Position numbers and translations under genes: made by a program. Of a stretch of DNA of 64,000 nucleotides, positions 27,501 through 34,906 are shown piece by piece. The notes under the pieces were generated by a model. The model did not search any database. It was not told where the DNA came from and was given only the letters and a program-made list of their open reading frames with translations. The stretch spans positions 780,526 through 844,525 of the forward strand of contig OZ242327.1 in NCBI GenBank assembly GCA_965208235.1, written 5' to 3'. The DNA is from Phototrophicaceae bacterium (GTDB lineage Bacteria > Chloroflexota > Anaerolineae > Aggregatilineales > Phototrophicaceae). Each line of letters opens with the position of its first letter. Positions within the stretch are counted from its first letter, which is position 1.

Positions 27501-27725
27501 GGCTTCGTTGAAAGGGCGCCCGTCGTGTTCGAGTTCAAGGCGATCAGGGTAAAGTCTGAATTGCACTTGAGTCGCCTCAGCATCTTCAGCATTCTGAAGC
27601 AACTCAAAGATGAAGTGGGTCTGATCGCTGTATAGATTCTCTAGCAATACAGGTCCATATTGGCCAATATCAGTACCATATTTCTTAATGTTTTCTTGAC
27701 GAATCAAACAGTAGTCTATGGACAT
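24555..27725 (-). CDS. Large GHKL-ATPase (sacsin/MORC-like N-terminal module) - HNH nuclease fusion protein; candidate stand-alone nucleic-acid-targeting/defence protein
   Basis: 1,056 codons from ATG 27725, with GAAGGA 6 nt upstream. The track ORF starts at TTG 27746. N-terminus: FIFELLQNAEDAEA, LEHDGRPF, IGKFGIGFKSVY (Bergerat-fold N/G1/G2 boxes). C-terminus: GGCQIHGCGHSF...YFEAVHIIP...HPRNAVCLCAHHAAQW (HNH). The coding sequence is much more AT-rich than its neighbours. Confidence 0.75.
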   Translation of the reverse strand: MSIDYCLIRQENIKKYGTDIGQYGPVLLENLYSDQTHFIFELLQNAEDAEATQVQFRLYPDRLELEHDGRPFNEADVRGICGLVIGTKRDDINKIGKFGIGFKSVYAHTSSPEIHSEDEHFAIDNYVQPRSTGARSITTRTLFVFPFNHANKSGEESHHVIAEGLQDLGARTLLFLRNIDEVSYRIEDGNSGTYLRQRADFLELDFIKQVAVIDERSGEQTEEKWLVFERNIAHPVGDNHQFADNSSLTVQIAFLVSEYEQNGRPNIIKLSQSCVNVFFPTERETHLGFLVQGPYMTNSARDDIPKDNKGFNISLVEETGELVVEALRWLRDRDWLTVNILNTMPLEYDKFRDYKSYRYVETIFTPIYDRFLAAIKEEPLIPAYDGHYVSGQEAVLGGSEALRKLLDDEQLPRILDSKEASRWVSAEITTAQRTQELWTYLRDKVEIEELDPEKLARRIDEDFLSRQSDDWIRDFYEYASTFDSRSYFSSSPFNILKQKSIIRLVDGKHVKPLHGDDPQAYLPSEHESRFPTVKREVCDSDKSLGFLKNLGLKKPDITDEVIDFLLPKYTASVEIDDAEHWEDIKLIVKALGDDSQQRQTKLIDLLTKTPFLWAKNAVGDSAFRKPGDNLYIRNSQLEMYFEGNPDAWFISECYDPYVSVRHLEQLDISKDVRQWLQQASYFGHVTICRPHYGSLSNPHKRGLNGFDPDFKIDGLEFALRRPTIERSKFIWNELLLPNKNCISGEVESSTRQYFDGFTEINEQVSIVGKLVREKAWLPDCNGNFVKPSELSLEDLPDDLYKDDKLANALGMRTANKSIQDLLERDDTPSSERRKLELIDGRSPEAIAEALRLYDEKKEKERETVQTLEPDEYSSELGSGFNRSGSPPIPRPPDYDHFEDTFEDKRVKAELEIGNEPDPEDRYELRIKRSWKPKNPETRKFLKEKYPGGCQIHGCGHSFLKRDGSPYFEAVHIIPRTSAQWLDHPRNAVCLCAHHAAQWKHGERSTPDLDILDQIRSSEEGQGHDISVELCGKSLLVTFTANHIDEFRIALEVTEYV

Positions 27726-27795
27726 GGCGAATCCTTCTAAACTCAAAGTCGATTTTACAAAACGAAAAACTGCAGCGAGGGGAATGGCGAATAAG

Positions 27796-27868
27796 ATGCC
27801 CCATAGGAGACTCGAACTCCTGTTTTGGCCTTGAGAGGGCCACGTCCTAGGCCACTAGACGAATGGGG
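27796..27868 (-). tRNA. tRNA-Glu (anticodon CUC)
   Basis: Minus-strand read: GCCCCAT TC GTCT AGTGGCCTA GGAC G TGGCC CTCTCAA GGCCA AAAC AGGAG TTCGAGT CTCCT ATGGGGC A. This is a full 73-nt cloverleaf with anticodon loop CT-CTC-AA. CCA is not encoded. Confidence 0.92.
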
Positions 27869-27904
27869 CTTGAGTGACGATTCTAAACCAGCCTGCGGAC
27901 ATGG

Positions 27905-28924
27905 TCAAGACGGCGCCAGGAATCCCATGCGATCCTGCGCCAGCTTCAACGTCGGTTCGGCGACGGCGCTGGCCTTCTCCCGCCCCAGCTTCAGCACGGA
28001 ATCCAGATAACCCGCCTCGTCCATGAGTTCATTGTAGCGCGCTTGCAAGGGTTCGAGCGTTGACACAACAGCCTCCGCGACAACCTTCTTCAAGTCGCCA
28101 TAGCCCTTGTCGGCAAATCTTTCTTCGATCGCTTCGCGCGATTCGTCGCTGATCGCCTGATATATGGTCAGCAAATTATTGACGCCGGCGCGTTCCGGTT
28201 CGTCGCTGAAGCGTATGTCGCGATAAGAATCAGTCACCGCGCGCATGATCTTCTTGCGGGCGCGGGACAAATCATCGAGCAGAAAGACGGCATGATTTTC
28301 CGAGTCTTCGCTCTTGGACATTTTGGCTCGCGGGTTGTCCAAGCCCATGATGCGGGCGCCGGCTTGCGGATTCATCACCGAGGGCAAGGTGAAAGTCTCG
28401 CCATAGAGATGGTTAAAGCGCTGCGCCAGATCGCGCGTGAATTCCAGATGCTGATTTTGATCATCGCCCACCGGCACCAGATCGGCGTGATAAAGCAGAA
28501 TATCCGCGGCCATCAGCGAAGGATAATTGAGCAGCCCGGCGCCAATCGACTCTTGATTCTGCTTCCCCGCCTTGTCCTTGAACTGCGTCATACGCTGCAG
28601 CCATCCCAGGGGCGCTATGCAGGTCAACATCCAGGCCAATTCGGAGTGCGCGGGTATATGTGACTGTACGAAGATCGTAGAGACTTCCGGATCGATCCCG
28701 GCCGCAATGTACATCGCCGCGCTTTCACGGGTTTTCTGCCGCAGTTCGAGGGGATCCTGCCCAGCGGTTATGGCGTGGAGATCCACCACGCAGTAAAAGC
28801 AGTCATAGTCCCGCTGCACTTGCACCCATTGCTTTAAAGCGCCAAGGTAGTTGCCGATGGTCAAGTTGCCGGATGGCTGAATCCCGGACAATACGCGGGG
28901 CTTGTTGATATTGGTATTTGCCAT
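27905..28924 (-). CDS. trpS: Tryptophan--tRNA ligase
   Basis: The ATG at 28924 gives MANTNINKPRVLSGIQPSGNLTIGNYLGALKQWV. KMSKSE motif present. The track ORF extends to 28993. Confidence 0.95.
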   Translation of the reverse strand: MANTNINKPRVLSGIQPSGNLTIGNYLGALKQWVQVQRDYDCFYCVVDLHAITAGQDPLELRQKTRESAAMYIAAGIDPEVSTIFVQSHIPAHSELAWMLTCIAPLGWLQRMTQFKDKAGKQNQESIGAGLLNYPSLMAADILLYHADLVPVGDDQNQHLEFTRDLAQRFNHLYGETFTLPSVMNPQAGARIMGLDNPRAKMSKSEDSENHAVFLLDDLSRARKKIMRAVTDSYRDIRFSDEPERAGVNNLLTIYQAISDESREAIEERFADKGYGDLKKVVAEAVVSTLEPLQARYNELMDEAGYLDSVLKLGREKASAVAEPTLKLAQDRMGFLAPS

Positions 28925-29005
28925 AGTGTAGTCTAGTCTCTGGACAGCTCTCTCGAGTGCGGCGATTCTAACATCCCCCAAGACGCCATTCAACCGTCGT
29001 GTAAC

Positions 29006-29476
29006 TCAGTCGTTCGAGTAGCGCTCCTTTAGCGCCCTTGCGATTTGCCGATCCGCGTCGCGCTTGGCCAAGTCGGCGCGCTTGTCGTACCGCTTCTTGC
29101 CTTTTGCAATGCCGATCTCCACTTTTGCCCGGCCGCGCTCCAGGTAGACTTGCAGCGGAATGGCGGTCATGCCGTTCTCCCGAATGTGCGTGATGATCCG
29201 GTTGATCTCGCGACGGTGCAGCAGGAGCTTGCGAGGTCTCCGCGGATCGGTATGGCCGAAACGTCGTGCCTGCTCATATGGCGCGATATGCGCATTCATC
29301 AGCCAAAGTTCGCGGTCCTTCTCTTGCACGAATCCGTCGCCAATGTTGATGCGATGCGCCCGAATCGATTTGATCTCCGATCCCAGAAGCACTAAACCGG
29401 CATCGTAGCGATCGTTGATCAAGTAATCTCGATGCGCCTTGCGATTCTTGCTGATGACTTTTCGTCCGTCGGTCAT
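29006..29476 (-). CDS. smpB: SsrA-binding protein SmpB
   Basis: The ATG at 29476 gives MTDGRKVISKNRKAHRDYLINDRYDAGLVLLGSEIKSIR...RPRKLLLHRREI. The track ORF extends to 29545. Confidence 0.95.
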   Translation of the reverse strand: MTDGRKVISKNRKAHRDYLINDRYDAGLVLLGSEIKSIRAHRINIGDGFVQEKDRELWLMNAHIAPYEQARRFGHTDPRRPRKLLLHRREINRIITHIRENGMTAIPLQVYLERGRAKVEIGIAKGKKRYDKRADLAKRDADRQIARALKERYSND

Positions 29477-29644
29477 GGGCTTCTCGTGATCATTTGAAGG
29501 CATGTATAGCGGCGGGCCAGCGAATCCGCCAACTCTAGCATACAAAGCGTCGATAGCTGCCTAATGGATATTGTAATCAGTGGCGGGCAATAGGATAGTC
29601 GCGATGCAAGGCGTCGCCTACACCCTGTACGGATGGAAACGCGC

Positions 29645-30901
29645 TTATGCCAAGGTGCGCCAAGCTCTCTGGAATGCCTTTTCGTCGATCGCTTCCGCGG
29701 CGAAATCATTGAGGACGCTGCGCGCCACGCCAATAGTCCGCACGCTGGCCTTAGGGTCTGCGCAATTCAGCAGGCTCACGGCGAAGGCTTCAATCTGCGC
29801 GGGGATGCTGTCGGAGACGCTCGCTGCCGCATTCATGACCGCTTGGAGACGAACATTGAATTCCGGACCCGGCTCCGCGCAAACTAGAATATCAAAGGTC
29901 ATGCCGAGTTCAGACTGTCTCGCGGCGCTCCGAGACGCATCTATCGAAAAATCGGTGATCTGCTCGCCGACAAGATCAATAAGCCTTTCCACTTCGGCAG
30001 CGGGCAACGTGGGCGCCGCGGTGGCGGACAACGCGGGCGCTGCCGTGGCGGACAACGCGGGCGCTGCCGTGGCGGACAACGCGGGCGCTGCCGTGGCGGA
30101 CAACGCGGGCGCTGCCGTGGCGGACAACGCAGGCGCTGCCGTGACGGACAACGCGGGCGCTGCCGTGACGGACAACGCGGGCGCTGCCGTGGCAGACAAC
30201 ACGGGCGCTGCCGTGGGCTCCGTCTCCGCAACGGTTTCGGCTGTAGGCTCCGATGTCGGATCCGATGTGAGACCGCCGGTCGCGGTTGGCGAGATCACAG
30301 ACGCCGCAACCGTCGCCTCGTCAGTCGATTCAGGCTGCGAGGGCAAATCAGTCTCGGTTGCTTCAACGGTGGGCGCGACTACGACAATGATTGGCTCGTT
30401 CGTCGGTTGGGTAAACAGCGACAGGATCTCATCAATATCAATCGCTCCTGAAAGAACGAGCACGGCGCCAGATGCCAATATCAGAAGCGCCACGATAATC
30501 AGCACGAAACCGCGACCCGCGCGCGGATTCGCAGGAGCGTCTTCAACCGCGGGTTTTATCGATTCCCAGTCATCAATGTCGGCTTCGTCAACAAGTGATG
30601 TTTGCGCGCTTGCCAAATCCAGTTCAGAATCCAGATCGCCGGCCAGCGCGCCTTGCGCTGAAAGCGCCTCCGCTTTTAATTCACGCGCCCCGGGATACGC
30701 TGGATCGAGTTGCAACACGCGATCAAGCGCGGCAACACCGATTACGCTGTCAGAGACGGCATGAGCGTATACCCACCAGAGCGCTGGATTATTATCCTCG
30801 GTCTCCAGCAACGGCGCCAACAGTTCTTCCGCTTGCTCAAGCTGATCGTTTTCGATCAACTCGTGCGCGCGGCGCAATATGGCATCGGTGGATTCACTCA
30901 T
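29645..30901 (-). CDS. Single-pass membrane protein: N-terminal TPR-like domain, TM, Pro/Thr/Ala-rich linker with (ATAAPALS)n repeats, C-terminal globular domain
   Basis: The ATG at 30901 is preceded by AAGGA and gives MSESTDAILRRAHELIENDQLEQAEELL...NPALWWVYAHAV. TM: FVLIIVALLILASGAVLVLSG. The track ORF extends to 31282 but would run through tRNA-Leu. Confidence 0.6.
   Translation of the reverse strand: MSESTDAILRRAHELIENDQLEQAEELLAPLLETEDNNPALWWVYAHAVSDSVIGVAALDRVLQLDPAYPGARELKAEALSAQGALAGDLDSELDLASAQTSLVDEADIDDWESIKPAVEDAPANPRAGRGFVLIIVALLILASGAVLVLSGAIDIDEILSLFTQPTNEPIIVVVAPTVEATETDLPSQPESTDEATVAASVISPTATGGLTSDPTSEPTAETVAETEPTAAPVLSATAAPALSVTAAPALSVTAAPALSATAAPALSATAAPALSATAAPALSATAAPALSATAAPTLPAAEVERLIDLVGEQITDFSIDASRSAARQSELGMTFDILVCAEPGPEFNVRLQAVMNAAASVSDSIPAQIEAFAVSLLNCADPKASVRTIGVARSVLNDFAAEAIDEKAFQRAWRTLA
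30023..30214. repeat. Perfect or near-perfect 24-nt tandem repeat, 8 units (plus one degenerate unit at 29999-30022), in-frame inside a CDS
   Basis: Unit GGCGGACAACGCGGGCGCTGCCGT. Units 1-4 (30023-30118) are identical and units 5-8 carry 1-2 substitutions each. On the minus strand it encodes ATAAPALS repeats. Confidence 0.95.
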
Positions 30902-31004
30902 GCAAGCGTCCTTAGTCGAGAGCCAGATTCTCCACAGGAAGTTTACATCTGCTTCATATTGAGCGCAACAAAAAAGCTCGCCAACGGCGGCAAGCCATTT
31001 GAGA

Positions 31005-31086
31005 TGCCCTGAAGAGGACTCGAACCTCCACCCCGTTAAGGACACGGCCCTCAACCGTGCGCGTCTGCCAGTTCCGCCATCAGGGC
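31005..31086 (-). tRNA. tRNA-Leu (anticodon GAG)
   Basis: Minus-strand read: GCCCTGA TG GCGGAACTGGCAGACGC G CACGG TTGAGGG CCGTG TCCTTAACGGGGTG GAGG.TTCGAGT.CCTCT TCAGGGC A. It has a long variable arm (class II) and anticodon loop TT-GAG-GG. Confidence 0.9.
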
Positions 31087-31239
31087 AAGCTGTAGCGAAT
31101 AGTATATGGTTTTCGCCCTTAATGTCAATCCTCTGCATAGTTCCCCCATTATCCTTAATCGAATCTTGAGCAAGCCCCCTTCCTGTCCTATTATTAGCAC
31201 TTGTCGAATTTGGCTGATTCCAAAGAAAGTCTTGGATAC

Positions 31240-32265
31240 ATGCGCATTGCAGTGGATGCGATGGGTACGGACACTCGTCCAATTGCGGATGTCGCCGGGG
31301 GCGTTATGGCCGCGAACGAGTTTGGCGATACGATTGTCCTCGTGGGTGACAAGACCACAGTCGAAGCCGAGCTAAAAAAGCACGATATCAGCGCCGGCAA
31401 TGTAGAGATCCTGCATGCGCCCAAGGACATCGCTATGGACGAGAAACCGGCGGATGTGCTGAAGTCCAAAGCGCGGTCTTCGATTCACGTTGCGCTTGAC
31501 GCTGTCAAAACAGGCGATGCCGATGCCTTTGTTACGATGGGCAATACCGGCGCGGTGCATGCGATCGCGACTTTGAAAACCTTGCGCCGGATCCCGGGTG
31601 TTAAAAGACCGGTGCTGTCGGCACTGTTTACTATCAGCGATCATCGGATGATTTTTCTCGATGTCGGAGCCAATACCGATGTCAAACCCGAGTGGGTCAC
31701 GCAGTTCGCCATGATGGGCAGCATCTATGCGCAGCGCGTGCTTGATTACCCGCAGCCGCGAATAGCCTTATTGTCCAATGGAGCGGAAGATACCAAGGGC
31801 AACCTGCTCATTCGTGAAGCCTCGGATATCCTGACGCGAAGCCAACTGAACTTCGTTGGCAACGTCGAACCGGTTCAGCTCATGGGTTCCGTCGCCGACG
31901 TCATCGTGATGGACGGGTTCGTCGGCAACATCGTGCTAAAGATGTTTGAAGCGACGACGCACTATGTCGCAACATTGATTCGCCAGGAGATTCGCGGCGA
32001 CGTGATTTCCTTGCTTGGCGGCGCGCTGGCGCGGCCAGCCTTCAACCGCATCCGTCGCAGGGTCGATACTTCCGAAATCGGAGGGGCGCCCCTTTTGGGT
32101 GTCAATGGTGTTGTCATTATTGGACACGGGCAGAACTCCGCGACCGGCATCAAAAACGCGATCAGGCAAGCGCGCACTGCTGTGCAAGAAAACGTCATTG
32201 GCGCAATCCGCAGCGGCATATCACAGTCTACCGGAGCCTCGCAAAATGCAATTGACGCGACATGA
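31240..32265 (+). CDS. plsX: Phosphate acyltransferase PlsX
   Basis: The ATG at 31240 gives MRIAVDAMGTDTRPIADVAGG...; later VTMGNTGA and GAPLLGVNGVVIIGHG. The track ORF starts at TTG 31201. Confidence 0.92.
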   Translation: MRIAVDAMGTDTRPIADVAGGVMAANEFGDTIVLVGDKTTVEAELKKHDISAGNVEILHAPKDIAMDEKPADVLKSKARSSIHVALDAVKTGDADAFVTMGNTGAVHAIATLKTLRRIPGVKRPVLSALFTISDHRMIFLDVGANTDVKPEWVTQFAMMGSIYAQRVLDYPQPRIALLSNGAEDTKGNLLIREASDILTRSQLNFVGNVEPVQLMGSVADVIVMDGFVGNIVLKMFEATTHYVATLIRQEIRGDVISLLGGALARPAFNRIRRRVDTSEIGGAPLLGVNGVVIIGHGQNSATGIKNAIRQARTAVQENVIGAIRSGISQSTGASQNAIDAT

Positions 32266-33508
32266 CCGCAGGCGGGTCGTCATCACTGGACTGGGCGTCG
32301 TTTCTCCCTTGGGGGCAAAAAACGAGTTCTGGGAAGCGATCGCGCAGGGTCAATCCGGTGTACGCCGCCTGCAAAATGTTCAGACAGAACACCTGAATGT
32401 CAAGATCGGCGCCGAAGTTCTAAACTTTGATTCGTCGCAGTACATCCCTCCCAAGCAAGCGCGTCGCATGGGCCGCGCGTCGCAGTTTGCCATTGTGGCG
32501 GCTGTCCAGGCGATAGAAGACGCTGGATTCCAGGTAGAGGACATTGTCGAGATAGGAAACCGGGTAGCGACCATATTGGGCACAACGCTCGGCAGTTACG
32601 AAATCGGCGAATCTGGCATCCGTGACTGGCGCGGCTCCGATTACAAGCGCGCCAATCCGATGAGCATTATCAACGCCCTGCCCAATATGCCCTCCCACTA
32701 TGTTAGCCGCATGATGGGCGCTGTCGGTCCCTTGATAACGCCATCGGTGGCTTGCGCCACAGGCGTTCAAGCTGTGGGAACCGCGACAGATCTGATTCAA
32801 TTTGGCAGATGCGATGTCGCGATTGCGGGCGCGGTTGACGCCGTTATGTTTGATTATATTCTCGCCGGCTTTAGCGCCACCCGCGCCCTGACCCGGGAGT
32901 ACAACGAAAATCCAGCGGCAGCCAGCCGTCCTTTTGATGCCGATCGCTCCGGCTTTGTGCTGGGGGAAGGCGGCGCCGTCTTTCTTGTCGAAAGCCTGGA
33001 ACACGCGCTAGCGCGCGACGCGCCGATTTATGCCGAGGTCCTGGGATATTCATCCTCGTCCGACGCCTACCATGTTGCCGCGCCCAATCCTGAGGGCGCA
33101 GGCGCCCAGCGCGCCATGCAGTGGGCTTTGGACGACGCCCGGGTTGAGCCGACGGAGATCGAATACATCAATGCGCATGGTTCATCGACAGCTGCCAACG
33201 ATTTGATCGAAACGAAGGCGATCAAGCAGGTCTTTGGCGAATCCGCCTACGGCATCCCTGTTAGCTCGACTAAAAGCATGATCGGGCATGCCATGGCCGG
33301 ATGCGGTTCCCTGGAATTGTCGGCCTGCTTGATGACGCTCGAGCGCGAGCTCTTGCACCCGACCATAAACTACGACAGTCCGGATCCCGAGTGCGATCTT
33401 GATTATGTACCCAACCATGCGCGCGAAGTCCCGGGCATCAATACCGTTATGTCCAACAGCTTCGGCTTGGGCGGGCAAAACGCCTCAATTATCATCCGGC
33501 GACTCTAA
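32246..33508 (+). CDS. fabF: 3-oxoacyl-ACP synthase II (FabF)
   Basis: The ATG at 32246 gives MQLTRHDRRRVVITGLGVVSPLG. Active-site Cys in PSVACATGVQAVG, His motifs INAHGSST and GHAMAGCGSLE, and C-terminus SNSFGLGGQNASIIIRR. It overlaps the plsX stop by 20 nt. Confidence 0.92.
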   Translation: MQLTRHDRRRVVITGLGVVSPLGAKNEFWEAIAQGQSGVRRLQNVQTEHLNVKIGAEVLNFDSSQYIPPKQARRMGRASQFAIVAAVQAIEDAGFQVEDIVEIGNRVATILGTTLGSYEIGESGIRDWRGSDYKRANPMSIINALPNMPSHYVSRMMGAVGPLITPSVACATGVQAVGTATDLIQFGRCDVAIAGAVDAVMFDYILAGFSATRALTREYNENPAAASRPFDADRSGFVLGEGGAVFLVESLEHALARDAPIYAEVLGYSSSSDAYHVAAPNPEGAGAQRAMQWALDDARVEPTEIEYINAHGSSTAANDLIETKAIKQVFGESAYGIPVSSTKSMIGHAMAGCGSLELSACLMTLERELLHPTINYDSPDPECDLDYVPNHAREVPGINTVMSNSFGLGGQNASIIIRRL

Positions 33509-33523
33509 AGGACGGCAGCCTCA

Positions 33524-34906
33524 ATGAACCATGGCGTGACAGTGATCGGCGGCGGATTGGCAGGTTGCGAAGCCGCTTGGCAATTGGCGGAACGCGGGCG
33601 CCCCACCCGGTTATACGAAATGCGCCCCCAGCGATCGACCGGCGCTCACGTGAGTGATCGGCTGGCGGAATTGGTTTGCAGCAACTCCCTTGGTTCCAAG
33701 TTGCCCGATCGCGCGACAGGTATCTTGCAGGCGGAAATGAAAATGCTGGGTTCGCTGCTCATGCGTTGTGCCGAAGCGGCTTCCGTGCCGGCTGGCGGCG
33801 CCTTGGCGGTCGACCGGCTGCGCTTCGCTGAAAGCGTCACTGAAACATTGAATCTTCATCCCAACATTGAGGTGATACGAGAGGAAGTTACCGAATTGCC
33901 CGGGGACGCGCCCGCGATTGTCGCGACGGGTCCGCTGACCTCGCCCGCGATGACCAAAGAGATCGCGCGGTATACCGGTGAAGACTACCTTTACTTTTAT
34001 GACGCCATCTCCCCTATTGTAGAGGCCGGCAGCATCAACATGGCGCGAGCTTTCTCGGCCAATCGCTACGGAAGAGGCGACGATGCCAGCGGCGACTACA
34101 TCAACTGCCCCATGGACAAAGATCAGTATCTGCGCTTCGTCCGCGCCCTGCAAAGCGCCGAGACGATAGAGCTGCGCGACTTCGAGCGTGAAGACTCGAA
34201 TTTTTTTGAGGGCTGTGTTCCTATTGAGCAATTAGCGAAGCGCGGCGACGATACGCTGGCTTTTGGTCCGATGCGCCCGGTCGGCTTGACCGATCCGCAC
34301 ACGGACCGTCGCCCCTATGCGGTCGTGCAATTGCGGCAAGACAACCTCGCTGGCACCCTTTACAATCTCGTTGGTTTCCAAACCAACATCCGCTGGAAAC
34401 AGCAAAAAGAGATACTCAGGCTCATTCCCGGGCTGGAAAATGCCGAGTTTATTCGCATGGGGCAAATGCACCGCAACACTTTTTTGAATGCGCCGGCGCT
34501 CCTGCATGCGACCATGCAGTTTCGTCAGAATCCAAATCTGTATTTTGCCGGTCAAATCACCGGCGTCGAAGGTTATGTCGGCAATACAGCCACCGGCTAC
34601 ATCGCCGCGCTCAATCTGTCGCGACAACTGAAGGGCTTGCGCGAATGGACGCCGCCGCAAGAGACAATGTTGGGCGCCCTGTGTCACTACGTGACGAATT
34701 GCCCGCCAAAAGAATTCCAACCCATGAAAGCGAACCTGGGTATATTGCCGCCGCTGGCGGTCAAGATCAAAAACAAGGCGCAGCGCAGACAAGCGTACTC
34801 CGAGCGCGCGCGCAAGGCGATGTCGGCCGCGCTTCTGGAATTAGATGATCAGGTGATTCAAGCAAATCTCGAAAACAGCGAGTTGGAGCAACATGTCGAA
34901 ACCTGA
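33524..34906 (+). CDS. trmFO: Methylenetetrahydrofolate--tRNA-(uracil54-C5)-methyltransferase TrmFO
   Basis: VTVIGGGLAGCEAAWQLAERG, ELVCSNSLG and LYFAGQITGVEGYVGN. Confidence 0.92.
   Translation: MNHGVTVIGGGLAGCEAAWQLAERGRPTRLYEMRPQRSTGAHVSDRLAELVCSNSLGSKLPDRATGILQAEMKMLGSLLMRCAEAASVPAGGALAVDRLRFAESVTETLNLHPNIEVIREEVTELPGDAPAIVATGPLTSPAMTKEIARYTGEDYLYFYDAISPIVEAGSINMARAFSANRYGRGDDASGDYINCPMDKDQYLRFVRALQSAETIELRDFEREDSNFFEGCVPIEQLAKRGDDTLAFGPMRPVGLTDPHTDRRPYAVVQLRQDNLAGTLYNLVGFQTNIRWKQQKEILRLIPGLENAEFIRMGQMHRNTFLNAPALLHATMQFRQNPNLYFAGQITGVEGYVGNTATGYIAALNLSRQLKGLREWTPPQETMLGALCHYVTNCPPKEFQPMKANLGILPPLAVKIKNKAQRRQAYSERARKAMSAALLELDDQVIQANLENSELEQHVET

Noticed and set aside
28925-29005. T-box leader upstream of trpS, and a tmRNA gene near smpB
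   Set aside because: Only 81 nt separate trpS from smpB, which is too short for a T-box, and no T-box consensus is seen. No tRNA-like 3' domain or GGGG-start tmRNA was found around smpB.
30023-30214. Possible CRISPR array (regular 24-nt periodicity)
   Set aside because: The units are contiguous with no spacers. They lie in-frame inside a CDS, and no cas genes are present. This is a coding tandem repeat, not a CRISPR array.
29580-30764. 394-aa + strand ORF with AGNVGAAVADN repeats
   Set aside because: It is low-complexity translation of the opposite strand of the 24-nt tandem repeat and of a GC-rich gene. The minus-strand frame gives a coherent TPR-TM-linker-domain protein with an SD-preceded ATG.
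30902-31282. N-terminal 127-aa extension of ORF 29645..31282
   Set aside because: The extension would run straight through tRNA-Leu(GAG) at 31005-31086. The internal ATG at 30901, preceded by AAGGA, is the credible start.
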